Source: Lama glama (Eukaryota). From it: DNA of 64,000 bases. Both the position numbers and the translations under genes were made by a program. The stretch covers positions 76,076,001-76,140,000 of the forward strand of contig CM052817.1 of the NCBI GenBank assembly GCA_028534125.1, written 5' to 3'. Below, piece by piece: positions 26,508 through 40,580 of the stretch (within the stretch, counting starts at the first letter, position 1; every line of letters starts with the position of its first letter). The notes beneath the pieces are model-generated. The model had not been told where the DNA came from. It worked only from the letters and a program-made list of their open reading frames with translations, and ran no database searches.

Positions 26508-28595
26508 AAAGTAGTAGGAGAAGTAGTAGGAGAAGATAGAATCAGTTTCATTCTTCTCTTACTCTAAATATTTTATTGAAATGTTAAACTAAAGTAGTTT
26601 ATATATATTGCTGTGCTGTTCTTACTCTCCTTTTGACAATCGTCAGTATTGATGCCTTGGTGTAACTATGATTTGTGAAAAGTTGAGAAAAGCTAATTAT
26701 TAAGCAAGTTTGCTCCAGGTTTTCCAAGCTTCTAAGCATAATTATACGTAAGAGAAAGAAAATTAATTGCTCTAGTTAAAAGTTCTATGTAGGAGTTTAT
26801 AAAACTTGTATATACTTCTGTATATGATACCCAACCTCTCAACAAGCAAAATAGTTTGGTAACTATTGCCCAAATCCACATTCTTTTTTTAACTCAGAGT
26901 GTGAGACACATTCTATATACCAAGTAATGTTGATAATTTCCCTGTGCTACCTACTCTTTCCATGTTTCCAATTTGCAGATTTTGTCTCTTAATATGTATG
27001 TATGTTCGCTCTCCTCTGTTGGGTACTCATCTGCCTGACAATATAAGCCAGTTTGTTTTCTATAAACACAGAGAAGGATTCTGTTTACTTTTCTATTAAG
27101 CTGGTATGTATCTATAAATTACAGATGTGGCTTCTCCTATATTCTAGCCTGAAGGGACAGATACACACTTTGATCACCCAGCCAAATCTTGATAATGTAA
27201 AAATACCAAAAGAAGAATCAATACTGGTAATCATGCACTATGTTCAGGAAAATATTTGGCAAAATGATGCATTTTCTGAGAATCCTGAAAGGATAGCTTA
27301 CTTGGTTTGAACTCGCATATCTTGGGGGATGAAACACATACTAATGAGGCATAGTGAAATAAACAAGATAACGCTAGAGTAAGCCACTGACAACATATGG
27401 AAACACAGTGGGTAGAAAGAGGAGAGGAATTAGAACAGGGAAGGGGATTAGAGTGAACTAAACTTTCTGTATTCTCTAGAAGCAAATTTCTCCCAATTGA
27501 TTCTGTGAGTTTTATCTAAGCTGCATCTAATTAATAAGAATTTCTAATAAAATTATTTCCTAAAGTTAAGTTCTATAAATTAGTTTATAATTACAGTTTG
27601 AGAAAAACATAACCCAATCTCTGATGCTTCTCTAGTGACCACTACCAACTACTTGAAACTCTTAAGAAAAGAGGATATATATGAAATTTAGGAGGATGGA
27701 TCGTTTTCTGGAAAGTAAAGAGAATTAAATATTACCACTTTTCACTGGGCACATCCAACAACGAAGTCTTGTTGAATGTAATCATCTCATCTCAAGTACC
27801 TCACTCTTTTGCAATATTAGCAACACTGATTACTTTTTACATATTTACTGTTTATCAAACACAATGCTTAAGGCTTTATTTCTTTTGTTCCTTGAAATAA
27901 CTATATTAGACAGGGTCTAATACTACTAGTCCCTACTACTAATGTAGCCTTGTTTGTAATATTGTGTAATATCTGTTAATGTTTTCATTTTGCATATAAG
28001 AACACCAGGTCTTATATAAAATACACAAACTATCCAGCATTACACAGCTAAGCATTGAGCTCTTACAGATTTTCAGGACTGCATTTTTTTTAAATGAAAA
28101 CATTTCCCTTCCATTCTCCATTCATATATAGTTTTTTTTTCTTTATCAATGCTTTATTCACCATGGTGTTTTAATTTTGCATGTACAATGGAGAAAATGT
28201 ACTTTAGAAAATGTCAAAATTTCTAAAATTATTAGAAGTGTAAAAGAATTATATACATTTCAAAGTAAATGAATTTTAAAACTGGGATGAGTAGAAAAAG
28301 AGGGAGCTAAAAGTGAACATATACAAATATGAAACAAAGGTAACATACTGAAAGATGATTCTTAAAATTGGTACCCAAAAGGACTGCAAGAACAAAACTC
28401 TGTGAAACAGCACTTTTATAATTCGGCTTTCTGTTTTATTCAAGATCTTTAAAATTAACTCTTAATGTCTATGGGTATAAACTAGTAAGGAGGGGTGGAT
28501 GGGAGAGCAAAGAGCTAACACTTAGCATTGCTCTGTGACAGGTCTATATGCAAGAGAGGGACTCTATATACAATTTATTATAAAATTTAATCTTA

Positions 28596-30260
28596 ACAGT
28601 CTCTTCAAGTGGTGTTGGGAAAGCTGGACAGTGCATGTAAATCAGTGAAGTTAAAACACTCCCTTACACCATACACAAAAATAAACTCAAAATGGCTTAA
28701 AGATTTAAACTTAAGACATGACTCCATAAAACTCCTAGAAGAAAACAGACAAAACATTCTCTGACATAAATCATAGCAATGTTTTCATAGGGCAGTTTCC
28801 CAAGGCAAAAGTAAAGCAAAAATAAACAAATAGGACCTAATCAAAATTGTAAGCTTTTGCACAGTAAAGGAAACTATAAACAAAATGAAAAAACAACCTA
28901 CAGAATGGGAGAAAATATTTGCAAATGATGTGACTGACAGGGGCTTAATTTCCATAATATACAAACATCTCAGTAGCAAAAAAACAAACCACCCAATCAA
29001 AAAATGGACACAGACCTAAACAGACATTTCTCCAAAAACGACATGAAAGATGGACAATAGGCACATGAAAAGATGCTCAACATTTCTAATTACTAGAGAA
29101 ATGAAAGTCAAAACTACAATGGGGTATTGCCTCACACCACTCAGACTGGCCATCAAAAAGTACAGAAATAATAAATGCTGGAGAGGGTGTGGAGAAAAAG
29201 GAACCCTCCTACAACTGTTGGTGGGAATGTAAATTGGTGCAACCACTATGGAGAACAGTATGTACTGTATGATTGAGCAATCCCACTCCTGGATATATAT
29301 CTGGATAAAACTCTAATTTGAAAAGATACATGCACCCCAATGTTCACAGCAGCACTACTTACAGTTGCCAAGACATGGAAGCAACCTAAATGTTCATTGA
29401 TAGATAAATAAAGATGCAATATATATATACATATACACACACACATATATACATACACACACATATAAATACAATGGAATATTATTCAGTCATTAAAAAC
29501 AGTATCACTCATATGTGGAATCTAAAAAGGAAAAAAAAAGACAAATGAACTTATATATAAAACAGACTTACAGACATAGAAAACAAACTTATGGTTACCA
29601 GGGAGAAAAGGGGTGGGAAGGGATAAATTGGGAGCTTGAGATTTGCAGATACTGACTGGTATATACAAAGTAGATAAACAAGTTTATACTGTATAGCACA
29701 GGGAACTATATTTGATATCCTGTAGTAGCTTATGGTGAAAAAATATATGAAAACAAATATATGTATATTCATGTATGACTAAAGCATTATGCTGTACACC
29801 AGAAATTGACACAACATTGTAAACTAACTATACATCAATAAAAAAGAAAGAACGCCATTTGCAGCAATATGGATGGACCCAGAGATTATAATACTAAGTC
29901 AGACAGAGAAAGACAAATATCATATGATATCACCTACATATGGAATCTAAAAAAAAAAAAAGATACAAATGAACTCAAAAATAGAAACAGACTCACACAC
30001 AGAAAAAAAATTTACAGTTACCACATGGGAAAGGTGGGGGGGGATAAATTAGGAGTTTGGGATTAACAGATACACACTACTATATATAAAATAAACAACA
30101 AGGTCCTACTGTATAATACGGGGAACTACATTCAGTATCTTGTAATAAACTATAATGGAAAATAATTTGAAAGAAAGATATATGTATAAAACTGGACTAC
30201 TAAGCTATACACCAGAAACTAACAAAACATTGTAAATCAACTATACTTCAATTAAAAAAA
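28596..30260 (+). mobile_element. 5'-truncated L1 (ORF2 end plus 3'UTR) interrupted by a nested L1 3' end
   Basis: [14 protein letters not shown] start. The 3'UTR breaks at cagtcattaaaaa (~29499), resumes at gccatttgcagcaa (~29854) and ends tatacttcaattaaaaaaa. Confidence 0.93.
29501..29846 (+). mobile_element. Nested L1 3'UTR fragment
   Basis: A second complete L1 terminus (tatcactcatatgtggaatc..aactatacatcaataaaaaa) lies inside the host 3'UTR. Confidence 0.85.
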
Positions 30261-32609
30261 ACTGTGATAAAATTTAATCTGTAAAACCACCCTTGAAATG
30301 AGTGTCTTGTTCTATCTTTTGTAGACAAAACCCATGTTCCGAGTGATTTGGTAACTTGCAGCAGAGCAGGATCAGAAACTTGATCCTACTGAAAGGTAAG
30401 TCCATGTTTGTTTGTTTTTTTGTCCCCCTCGACCAGTGACCAGACACTTGTAATACGGCAGAATTCATGTAGTTTTATTTTGGATCTTTGTTTGACTCTA
30501 TTAAAAAAAAACTTATATTGCTTCATAAAGTATGTTATTAGATTATTAAATAAATACATCATAAGTATAAAAATTAACTTAACCATGTCAAAAATATTGA
30601 CCGTATGCTTTTGAATATAAATAGAACTCCTTGCATTTCAATGACATTGAGACTAGATTTGAGAGTTTTTGACCTTTGATTTAATTTTGTTTCTTAAAAC
30701 TGATTACCTGTTTTGATTGTACCTTTTGAAAATTGATCAATACGTGACACAAAACTTTTTCAATAAACTAGCTTATTTTTCTGTTAAACAAATATTGCAA
30801 AAGTATCAACAATATATTCAGATCCATGTTCCATAGTATATTAAAATGATAAAACTATTTGATATGATGTCAGAAACAAGGAATGATATCTACATAGATT
30901 TATTTGATTAGATGACCAGATAGCTGGAAACTAGCTGATAACAAACTATTGCCATAGGAAGAAGAGTCCTGGGGTCTTTGCCATGACAATAAGAGTCAGA
31001 CACAGCCTCTCTCTCACCCTTGCCCCTTCTCTCCTTGAACATTGTAAATCTGTTGTCAGGCATAATTTCTAGACATAAAACTATTTGTCCCTTTTTCAAA
31101 TCAGAGTATGTACTTCATTAGTGTATAACCTTGCATTCGATTGCTTTGGGTGTTAGTGTGGATAATGTGTCCTTAATAAATAATAGGATCAGTCAGGACA
31201 AGTTACATTTCTGCTCAGTACCCTTGTCTTTTCTAGTTTGGTTAACTGCCCAATATTCTGCAGGTATTAAACAAACTCTAATTAACTTGAATGTTATAGT
31301 CAGAATCAGTTAGACTTTTTGAATCCAGATTGAGTTTGCTACAACATGAAAGTATAATTTAATGCCCCTGATCAGCAAAAAGCTATAGTAAAGAACTTAA
31401 ATCCTTAGCAAAACTGACTAAGATCTTAAAATACATTCATAGGATTACTTTTTCATTGAACTATCTGAAATCAAATGGAGCAATATATTAACGCTTTGGT
31501 GATTAGGGCTTTGTTTTAAAAAAAAAAAACCAGTTTGTGGTAAAAAGCAAATCATGAGCATGAATTGAATTTCCCTTTATGTCTGCTCATAGTATACTTT
31601 AATATAATTGGAATAATTTTAATTTTATTATATAAATTTTTTTTTGCCTTTTTACTGTTTTTTTTTATTCCTAATTTTTTCTTGGTTTGTAATTCCAAGA
31701 TATTTATCTTTTTTATTATAATATGTCTACTGTATCTGTATCTACTTCTTGATTCTGTCATCTAAATTCTTTTCATGTTTATTAATTGTTGTTTCAGGGA
31801 AAATTAAGACTCCTCGAAGGAGGGAAGCACTGTTGTTGACTTTAATTTTGTCTCAGTGTGATTGGGATAAAGATGAAGAATGTGTATGCAGTGATTGCCA
31901 TACCATTTACTGGGAAATAATTAAGTCTACTCATGTAAGTAAGAACACTGCTACTTGTAGTACAATAAACTTGAGAAGCAGTGTTGGAATTCTCACTTGA
32001 GTTGGAAAAAAATTTATTCTCACCCACATAGACATCAAGGGTAATTTTCTATTTATATCCAAATCTAAAAATCAAATTACACATGAATAGAAATTTAATG
32101 AAATATAATCAATCAGCCATACTTGGAACTAATGGAAAGAAGAGTTATTTTTAATCAGTGAGACTACACTTTATTCATAGCAAAGGGTAGCTATAAGAAC
32201 TACAATCATTATATCCAGAAGACATTAAAGTGTTCTACAATAATTAATTTAAAATAAGGAGGCAAGGCTATTATCTCAGAATCATTGCTTTCTGTTCCCA
32301 GCAGTGTACTTCTTAACTCCCCAAGGTCTATTTCCCTTTACCAGGAAACCAATAACAAAAAGAACCTAAGTCTAAAGATAAACAGGTTGGTGACAATGTA
32401 GTCCTACCTCATGGTTATGAGAAATTTCCATTACTTAAGCTTTTTTATTTTAAAACTCTAACTAAATGGGTTATGCTAATTGTATACTTCTTCCCAAGTT
32501 ATGCATGGTTTTGTGAATCTTCTTAATATTACATGATTTTGCATGAATTACCTCTTAGATGCTAAAAACAAATGCATGATCTAGAGCAGTTAACTTTCTA
32601 GTTCAAGAC

Positions 32610-35600
32610 CCCTAAACAACATACTCCTGAACAACCAATGGGTCAAAGTAGCAATTAAAAGAGAAATATAAAATACCTAGAGACAAACAAAGATGGAAAT
32701 ACAATATATCAAAATTTATGAGATAAAGCAAAAGCAGTCCTAAGAGAAAAGTACATAGTAATAAATGTTACATTGATAAGTAAGAACAATCTCAAATAAA
32801 CAACCTAACCTTAAACTTCAACAAAGAAAAAATAAAGCACACAGTATAAGGAAAGAAATAAAGATCAGAGCAGAAATAAATGAAATGGAGAGTAAAAGGA
32901 CTATAGAAATGATCAATGAGCCTAAGAGCAGGTTCTTTGAAAGGATAAAACTGAAACTATTAGCTAGACTCACAAAGAGAAAAAGAGAAAACTAAAATAA
33001 TTAAAATCAGAAATGAAAAAGAAGACATTATAAATGATACCACAGAAATACAAAGGATCAGAAGAGATGACTATGAACAATTATATGCCAACAAACTGGA
33101 CCACCTAGAAGAAATGGACAAATTCCTAGAAACATACAAACTACCAAGACTGAATCATAAAGAAATAGAAAATCCCAACAGACCAATTATTAGTAAGGAG
33201 ATTGAATAAGTAATAAAAAATCTCCCAACAAACAGAAGTATAGGACCAGATGCCTTCATCTTTTTATTCTACCTAAAATTCAGAGAAGGGTTAATATCCA
33301 TCCTTCTCAAAATGTGAAAAAAAAAAATTAAAGGAAGGAATGATTCCAAACTCATTTTATAAGGCAAGCATTACCCTGATACCAAAGCCAGACAAGGATG
33401 TCACAAAAAAAGAAAATTATAACCTAATATCCCTGAAGAACATACATGCAAAACTCTTCAACAAAATATTGGCAAACTGAATTCAAAAATATATTAAAAG
33501 CATCATGATCAAGGGGATTTAGTTCCAGAGATGCTAGGTTGATTCGCTATCTGCAAATCAAATCAATGTAATATCCCACATTAAGAATATGAAGAAGAAA
33601 AATCATATGATCATCTCAATAGATGCATAAAAAGCATCTGACAAATTCAGTATCTATTTATGATTAAAAAATCGCTAAACAAAGTGGGTATAGAGGTTAC
33701 ATACTTCAACATAACATAGGCCGTGCATCACAAGCATACAGCTAACATCACACTCAATAGAAAAAAGCTGAAAACTTTTCCTCAAAAATCAGGAACAGGA
33801 TAAGGATGCCCACTCTCAATACTTTTATTCAAAATAGTATTGGAAGTCCTAGCCAGAGCAATTAGGCAAGAAAAAGAAAGAAAAATGCATCCAAATGGTA
33901 AAGGAATAAGTAAAACTGTCACTATTTTCAGATGACATGATATTATATATATATCAAACCTTAGGGACGTCACCAAAAAATTGATAGAAACAATAAATTC
34001 AGTAAAGTTGCAGGATATAACATCAGTATATAATATGTGGCATTTCTATACAGTAATTATGAACTATCAGAAAGAGAAATTAAGAAAACAATCCTATTTA
34101 TAATTGCATTAAAAAGAATAAAATACTTAGAATAAATTTAACCAAGGAGGTGAAAGACTTGTTCAGAGAAAACTATAAGACATTCATGAAAGAAATTGAA
34201 GACACAAATAATTGTAAAGATATTCTGTGCTCACAGACTGGAAGAATATTGTTAAAATGTCCATACTATGCAAAGCAATCTACACATTTAATTCAATCCA
34301 TATTAAAGTTTAAATGGCTTTTTTATAGAAATAGAACATACAACTCTAAAATTTTGTATGAATCCACAAGATTCTGAATAGGCAAAATGACCCTGAAAAA
34401 GAACAGCAAAGCTGGCATTATAATCCCTGACTTCACACTATATTGCAAAGTTACAGTAATCAAAACTATATAGCATGGGCATAAAAAGAGACATGCATTA
34501 ATGGACAGAATAGAGAGTTCAGAAATAAACTCATACTACTATGGTCAATTCATTTATGACAAAGCAGCAAGGAGGGGAAATAAATATAATGGGGAAAGGA
34601 CAGCCTCTTCAATAAATGACTTTGGAAAAACTGCTTGACCACATACAAAATAAAAAATTGAACCACCTTACACTAAACATAAAAATTAACTCAAAATGGA
34701 ATAAAGATTTACATGTAAGACCTCAAACCATAAAACTCCTAGAATAAAACTAGGTGGTATGATTGTTGATGCTGGTTTTGGAGATAATTTTTTGAATCTG
34801 ACATCAAAAGCAAAAATAAAGGAGTGGGACTACACCAGACTAAAAAGGAAAGGAATCACAGCACAGCAAAGGAGTCAACAACAAAATGAAAAGGCAACCT
34901 ATGGAATGGGAGAAATTGGTTCCAAGTCATAACTCTGATAAGAGGTTAATACACAAAATGTGTAAAGAACTCATACAACTCAATAGTGAAAAAAAATTCA
35001 ATTTAAAAAAGCACAGAGGATCTGAAGAAACATTTTTCAAAGAAAACTTACAACAGATACATAAAAAAGTATTCAACATCACTAAACATCAGGGAAATGC
35101 AAATCAAAACCAGACTGAGATACTACCTCACACATGTTAGAAAGGCTATTGTCAAAAGACTAGAGGTAATAAGTGTTGGAGAGGATATGGAGAAAAGGGA
35201 ATCCTTGTGCACTGTTGATGAAAATGTAAATTGGTACAGCCACTATGAAAAACAATATGGTAGCTCCTTAAAAAATTAAAAATGGAACTACTATATGATC
35301 CAGCCATCTCACTTCTGAGTATCTATCCAAACAAAACAAAAACACTATACTGAAAAAGATATATGCACCCTCATGTTCATTGCAGCTTTATTTACAATTG
35401 TCAAGATATGGAAACAACTTAAGTGTCCATAAATGGATGAATGGACAAAGATGTGCTTTTATACACATACACATTCTCACACAATGGAATATTATTTAGC
35501 CATTAAAAAGAAGAAAATCTTGCTATTTTGATAACATGGGTGGACCCTGAGGGCATGATGCTAAATGAAATAATTCAGAGAAAGACAAATACTTTTTGTA

Positions 35601-36012
35601 TGATCTCACTTCTACGGAAAACCATAAAACAAAGAAAAAAAGCCAGAAAAAAACAAACCCCATAAACCACCCTCCAAACTCATAGATACTTAGAACAGAT
35701 TAGTAGTTGCCAGTGGAGAGGGTTGGCAAAATGGCTAAAGTGGGTCAAAAGTTACAACTTTTAGTCACAAAACAAGTGTCATGGAGTTTTACAGTATGGT
35801 GACTACAATAACACTCTCTTGCATATATATGAAAGTGCTAAGAGTAAATCTTAAAAGTTTTCATCACAAGAAGAAACAGTTTTTTAGTAACCATGTATGG
35901 TGACAGATATTAACTATATTTATTGTGTTGATCATTACACAATGTATACAAATATCAAATCATTATGTTGTATAACTGGAATTAATATGTTATAGTCAAT
36001 TACACTACAATT
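32610..36012 (+). mobile_element. 5'-truncated L1 (most of ORF2 plus L1MA-like 3'UTR), decayed
   Basis: Continuous ORF2 homology, including RT motifs GTG*GCPLS and LFSDDMILY (33790-33950). L1MA8/9-type terminus (tatacaaatatcaaatcattatgttgta). Confidence 0.95.
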
Positions 36013-37189
36013 GTTAAGAGACCATTTTTTAAAGATTGTCTTATTACATTACATAATACCAGTATAGAGCAAGGGATGATATGTCTCTAAACTTCCATGT
36101 TATTTCTAGGATATATTGTTAAGTGAAGAAAAAACACGATAGAAGATACATTCCAATTATTGAAGCTTATAATCAATAAAACGTCAAAAGAATAATTATA
36201 TATACAAGAGTTTAACAAGATCATTGTATTTAAAAAATAAATTGATTTTAGTACTCATTTTCTACCACTTACAGTTGTATATATTCTAAATAGTTTTATA
36301 ATCCATGTTCAGGGAATCTAATATTTATCTGAATGCATGACAATAAGATACATCTCCATATTATGTAAGAGTAGTGCCACTAATAGTATAAATATTTACA
36401 ATAAGATGTAACAATCCTATCAAATATATTTTAAAATTTAATTTTCTTATTCATAAAATTGAAAATTGTTCTTCTGAAAAATAGTGTAGCTCACACATAT
36501 GACCATCAATCACAACAAGAAAATGTTAATTTTCTGTATTTTATGAAATATCTAGGATTATTAGAAGTGAAGAAATGTTAACCCATACTTTGTATTGTGG
36601 CATCTACAATCTGGCTACAATAATTCCAATTTACTGATGATTATAACAGTTTAAATATTATAATAGAAAATTGCTTGTCTTCTTTTTTGTTAGACTATAG
36701 ATATAAAGATAGAAAATATTATATCTATGCATTCCTATTAGAAAAAAAAAGCTATTTGGTTGTTATTAAAAGAGATTATATTCATTCAAAAGTTTAAGGA
36801 ATAAAGTGTTTGAGTTAGAGCCTTCATATTGTAAACATTAAACTCTTATATGCTTGATATTATTGTTTCCAAAATAGTTTAAAAGTAAAATATGCTCTTC
36901 TAATTTAACATTCTAGGGTCCCATAGATATAATTGCCTTCGTGGAGTTGTTTTGTTTTTCAGTCAAGTCAATAAATGAACACCAGAGCTTACTATTAAAA
37001 GCATGTGATTCATTGTATATTTCCAGAGGTCCATAATGCACATTTTCTTCACTATGAACATTCTATGAGACAATTTAAAATATTTCAGAATAAAATCTTG
37101 TCACAAGATATTTAGTTTATACATTTAATTTCAAATTCTTTTCACATCAAGGGGTTGGTTTATAAAGATGACCATACATAATTCTTGGC

Positions 37190-37575
37190 CATAGTGTATC
37201 TCAGATGTGACAGAGACCAACTCACGATCCCTGGACACCCAAGGGAATGTCAGTTCCCAGTTTCCTTACACCAAGCTGGGGCTCTGTGGCAGCGTCTGTA
37301 CATGCCTTCAAATCCCTGCACAGACTGTCGTTTCAGGGCATCTCCTTACAGGGGACCTTGTGAGGGACACTGTGGAAGACCCTGCTGAGGGTCTGAAGGA
37401 TGGAGAGTCACTAGCTGGAATGATCTTGGATGACCAAATCAGGTAGAAGAAAGTCCTCAAGAGAAATCTAATAAATATATCAGACTAATGTGAGCAAGAA
37501 ATAAAACTGGATTGCATGCATTGTGAACTGTGGGACTGTTGGCTATTACAGTAGCAGCAGATATCCTAGCATGCA
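37190..37575 (+). mobile_element. MLT1-type MaLR solo LTR
   Basis: 3' part gactaatgtgagcaagaaataaaact..tgggactgttggctattacagtagca is the MLT1 terminus pattern. Confidence 0.6.
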
Positions 37576-37854
37576 TCAAATTTTATAAAATTCAATGATT
37601 TATTTTATGTCTATGTACGATTGTGTTGTCATTTAAAAGCACGTTTTTGAAATATAACCTTAATCCTTACAAGAAAAAAAAAGGAAGTGTTTGAAGGAAA
37701 TATAATGTAACCAGAAACCATCAATGTTTATAACAAGCATGTTATCTTTGAGGCCACAACAATAGCATCAAAAACGTGTGTACATAAATGTTTTAAAAAG
37801 CTTCTTTACTGGGTAGATGGATGGCTAAAATATCTAGATATGAGACACAATATG

Positions 37855-37968
37855 TTTTGTGAGAGCAGGTACATAGTCCACGTTATTTACTGTAATATCC
37901 ATACTATTTAACACAGTGCCAGCACATAAAAGGTGCTTTAAAACATCTGAATAAACAAGTGAATAAAA
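37855..37968 (+). mobile_element. L2 3' end
   Basis: aacacagtgccagcacataaaaggtgct..tgaataaacaagtgaat. Confidence 0.65.
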
Positions 37969-37989
37969 TATTGGGTAATCTTTTGCATT

Positions 37990-38347
37990 TTTAATTGAAG
38001 AATAGTTGACTTACAATGTTGCATTACTTTCTGGTATACAGCATAGTGATTCAGTTATACATATATATATATATTTTTTCATATTCTTTTCTACTTTAGG
38101 TTATTACAAGCTACTGAATATAGTTCCCTGTGCTATACTGCAGGAACTTGTTGTTTATCTGTTTTGTATATAGTAGTTAGTATCTGCAGATCCTGAACTC
38201 CCAATTTATCCCTCCACCCCCATTCCCCTTTAGTAACCATAAGTTTGTTTTCTATCTCTGTGAATCTCTTTTGTAAATAAGTTCATTTGAATCATTTTTT
38301 TAGATTCCACATTAAGTGATATTATATGATGTTTGTCTTTCTCTGGA
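37990..38347 (-). mobile_element. L1 3'UTR insertion with TSD
   Basis: Reverse L1 terminus flanked by aatcttttgcatt (37977-37989) and aatctttgcatt (38348-38359). Confidence 0.92.
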
Positions 38348-40006
38348 AATCTTTGCATTCTCAATATTTTGCCTGCTACATTGGGCAACCAACATTCGGC
38401 TAGGTTTACTAAACAAAAGATAATTCGTTACAGTGGGTTAAAAACCAACTCACACTGAGGCTATAAAATGGGAAAAAACAAGTAAATTTTTCAGGGGACA
38501 GAAACAAAACAATTTAAAAACCCCAAACTATTATTTCTCATTTTTATTATGTAGAAGTTATTTTTCTGGATAAACAACCTAATGTTATAACTAAATCTGT
38601 AGTAAGGAATGAAATTTTTAGTGAAAACAATGCTATAATACAGAATTTTCATACTAAACATTAATTTCATTATTACTAATCAACAAAATAACCTGTTTTG
38701 TTTTCAGTTTAGCCTCTGTGATTAAAATCCGAGTTTCTTTGTGAAACAGCTATTCCATAGGTATTTTATGCTTCATGCAAAGGGAAATCCTCTGATTTTG
38801 AGGTATGCACATATTGCTATTTCAGGATTATCAAAAATCTCCCCCCAAAGCAAAAATAATGTGGTATGAAAAATAAAATGATCTGCGGAAATTTCATTCC
38901 TTAACCTGAACTCCTGGTCTAGCCCATATACATCTGCAGTCAAGGTCATCTCCACCTTAGCCACAAAGCTATTCATGTTCTCATTGTATCTTATAAATCA
39001 TTTTTTTCAACATTAACCTTCTTAAGAACTTTCTATTTACTGTAGAAACTCTTTGCTACTTTATCACCTACATCACATAGTTCAAATACTGGAGGGAAAT
39101 GAGTTTAAGGGACATAAAAGCAAATCTAAGGTGGCAGTTTTATTTTTTCTGAAGCTTCAGGGATTTTTGTCTGTGTATAGTGTTCAGGATGAGAAGCATT
39201 AGGCTCCTAAGTATTCAGAGCAGCATAAATGAAGGGAATTATTCAGGCAATTATTGAAAAAGGATTAGCGGTAAAATTAGGAGAAACTGCATGCCTCTGT
39301 ACTTGCTGATTACTCTACACCCTCTACTGCCTGAGTGACAGAGATAACGTGTCTCCGCACTGAGCCTCGTGAAGCCGTTGAAAAAGCCCGAGCGGTCCTC
39401 AGTCAGCTATCAGAGTGAAGTAACCATTAGTGAAGCAACAGAGTATGACGGCTTTATTCTTCTCATCTGCACAAAAAAATCTATCAAAAACATCAGTATG
39501 TATAACCCTGGTTGAGCAATGTCAGTAGTTTTTACAGATAATTAGAAAACAAGTTTTAAACGTTTAAAATGGCAATGCTATTTAATAGGATAGCCAGTAA
39601 ATCCAGGCTCTAAAGATATTTTGCACCATTCAGCTTTTATCTTTCTAGAAAAGAACTCTAAAATACCTGTTATATAAAACTATTGTTAAATGAGCTAGCA
39701 ACAACTTCCTGAAAGGGAGAAAGGAAAACACGACAAACACTGGGTTTAATTACACGCAGAAAATGGAGACAGCACACCTTGCTCTCTTAGTGATGAATTC
39801 AGTTGACCCTGTGGAGTCATTGCTGTTACAATCCTCATTACAAAGGAGGGAACTGAGCAGACAGAGATGCAGAAGTGATGTCACAGTCTACTTGCCATTC
39901 TCCCTCCACCAGTTCCCTTGCATTTTCTCCTTTGTATCTACGTTGTTGGTTCCTTTTAACTTTATTTGGGTACCCTGACAAGCCGTTTTTAGTTATGGGA
40001 AAGGTC

Positions 40007-40188
40007 TAAACTATTATATACAGAATGGGTAAACAATAAGGTCCTGCTGTATAGCACAGGGGATTATATTCAAGAACTTATAATAACCTATAATGACAAA
40101 AACATGAAAAAGAATATATTTAACTGAATCACTATGCTGTACACCAGAAACTAACACATTGTAAATCAACTATGCTTCAGTAAAAAAA
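40007..40188 (+). mobile_element. Short L1 3'-end insertion
   Basis: aaggtcctgctgtatagcacaggg..gctgtacaccagaaactaacacattgtaaatcaactat plus A tail. Confidence 0.9.
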
Positions 40189-40214
40189 GTCAGCTATTAA
40201 GAAAAAATAACATT

Positions 40215-40580
40215 ATTTCATGCATCCATCCATCCAGTTGTGCATTTATAGTGAACAGCACGTGTGAGAATGGGTGTGTTAATATGTGCATTGCATTTGG
40301 TACATGGATATAACACAGACTGGCTATCAGAACAGCAAAGCCATCAAAGCAGAACAGGACAGAGTAGACACTACAATTAGAAACCAATTACATACCTACC
40401 TACAAATGCACGTCATAGGACCCAAGAGTGCTTCTCATAAAAACAGACGTGGGTCACATGGGAGAGACAGGCAATCTGAAGACATTGTAAGTGAAAAGGA
40501 AAGCCTGGGAACTTCACCAGTGACAGCCGGCACGTGCAGGGGAGGTGTGGAGAGGGAGACCTGCCTGAGGATGCTATTGT
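40215..40580 (-). mobile_element. L2 fragment
   Basis: ttcatgcatccatccatcca start (reverse of the tgaa-type tail), followed by degenerate L2-like sequence. Confidence 0.45.

Noticed and set aside
27904..27922. 8-bp stem hairpin tattagac-agg-gtctaata
   Set aside because: Expected by chance in 64 kb of AT-rich DNA.
19850..36012. One full-length L1 split into 19850-23235 and 32610-36012
   Set aside because: The pieces overlap by ~250 bp of ORF2 with clearly different sequence, and I found no shared TSD; they are more likely independent copies.
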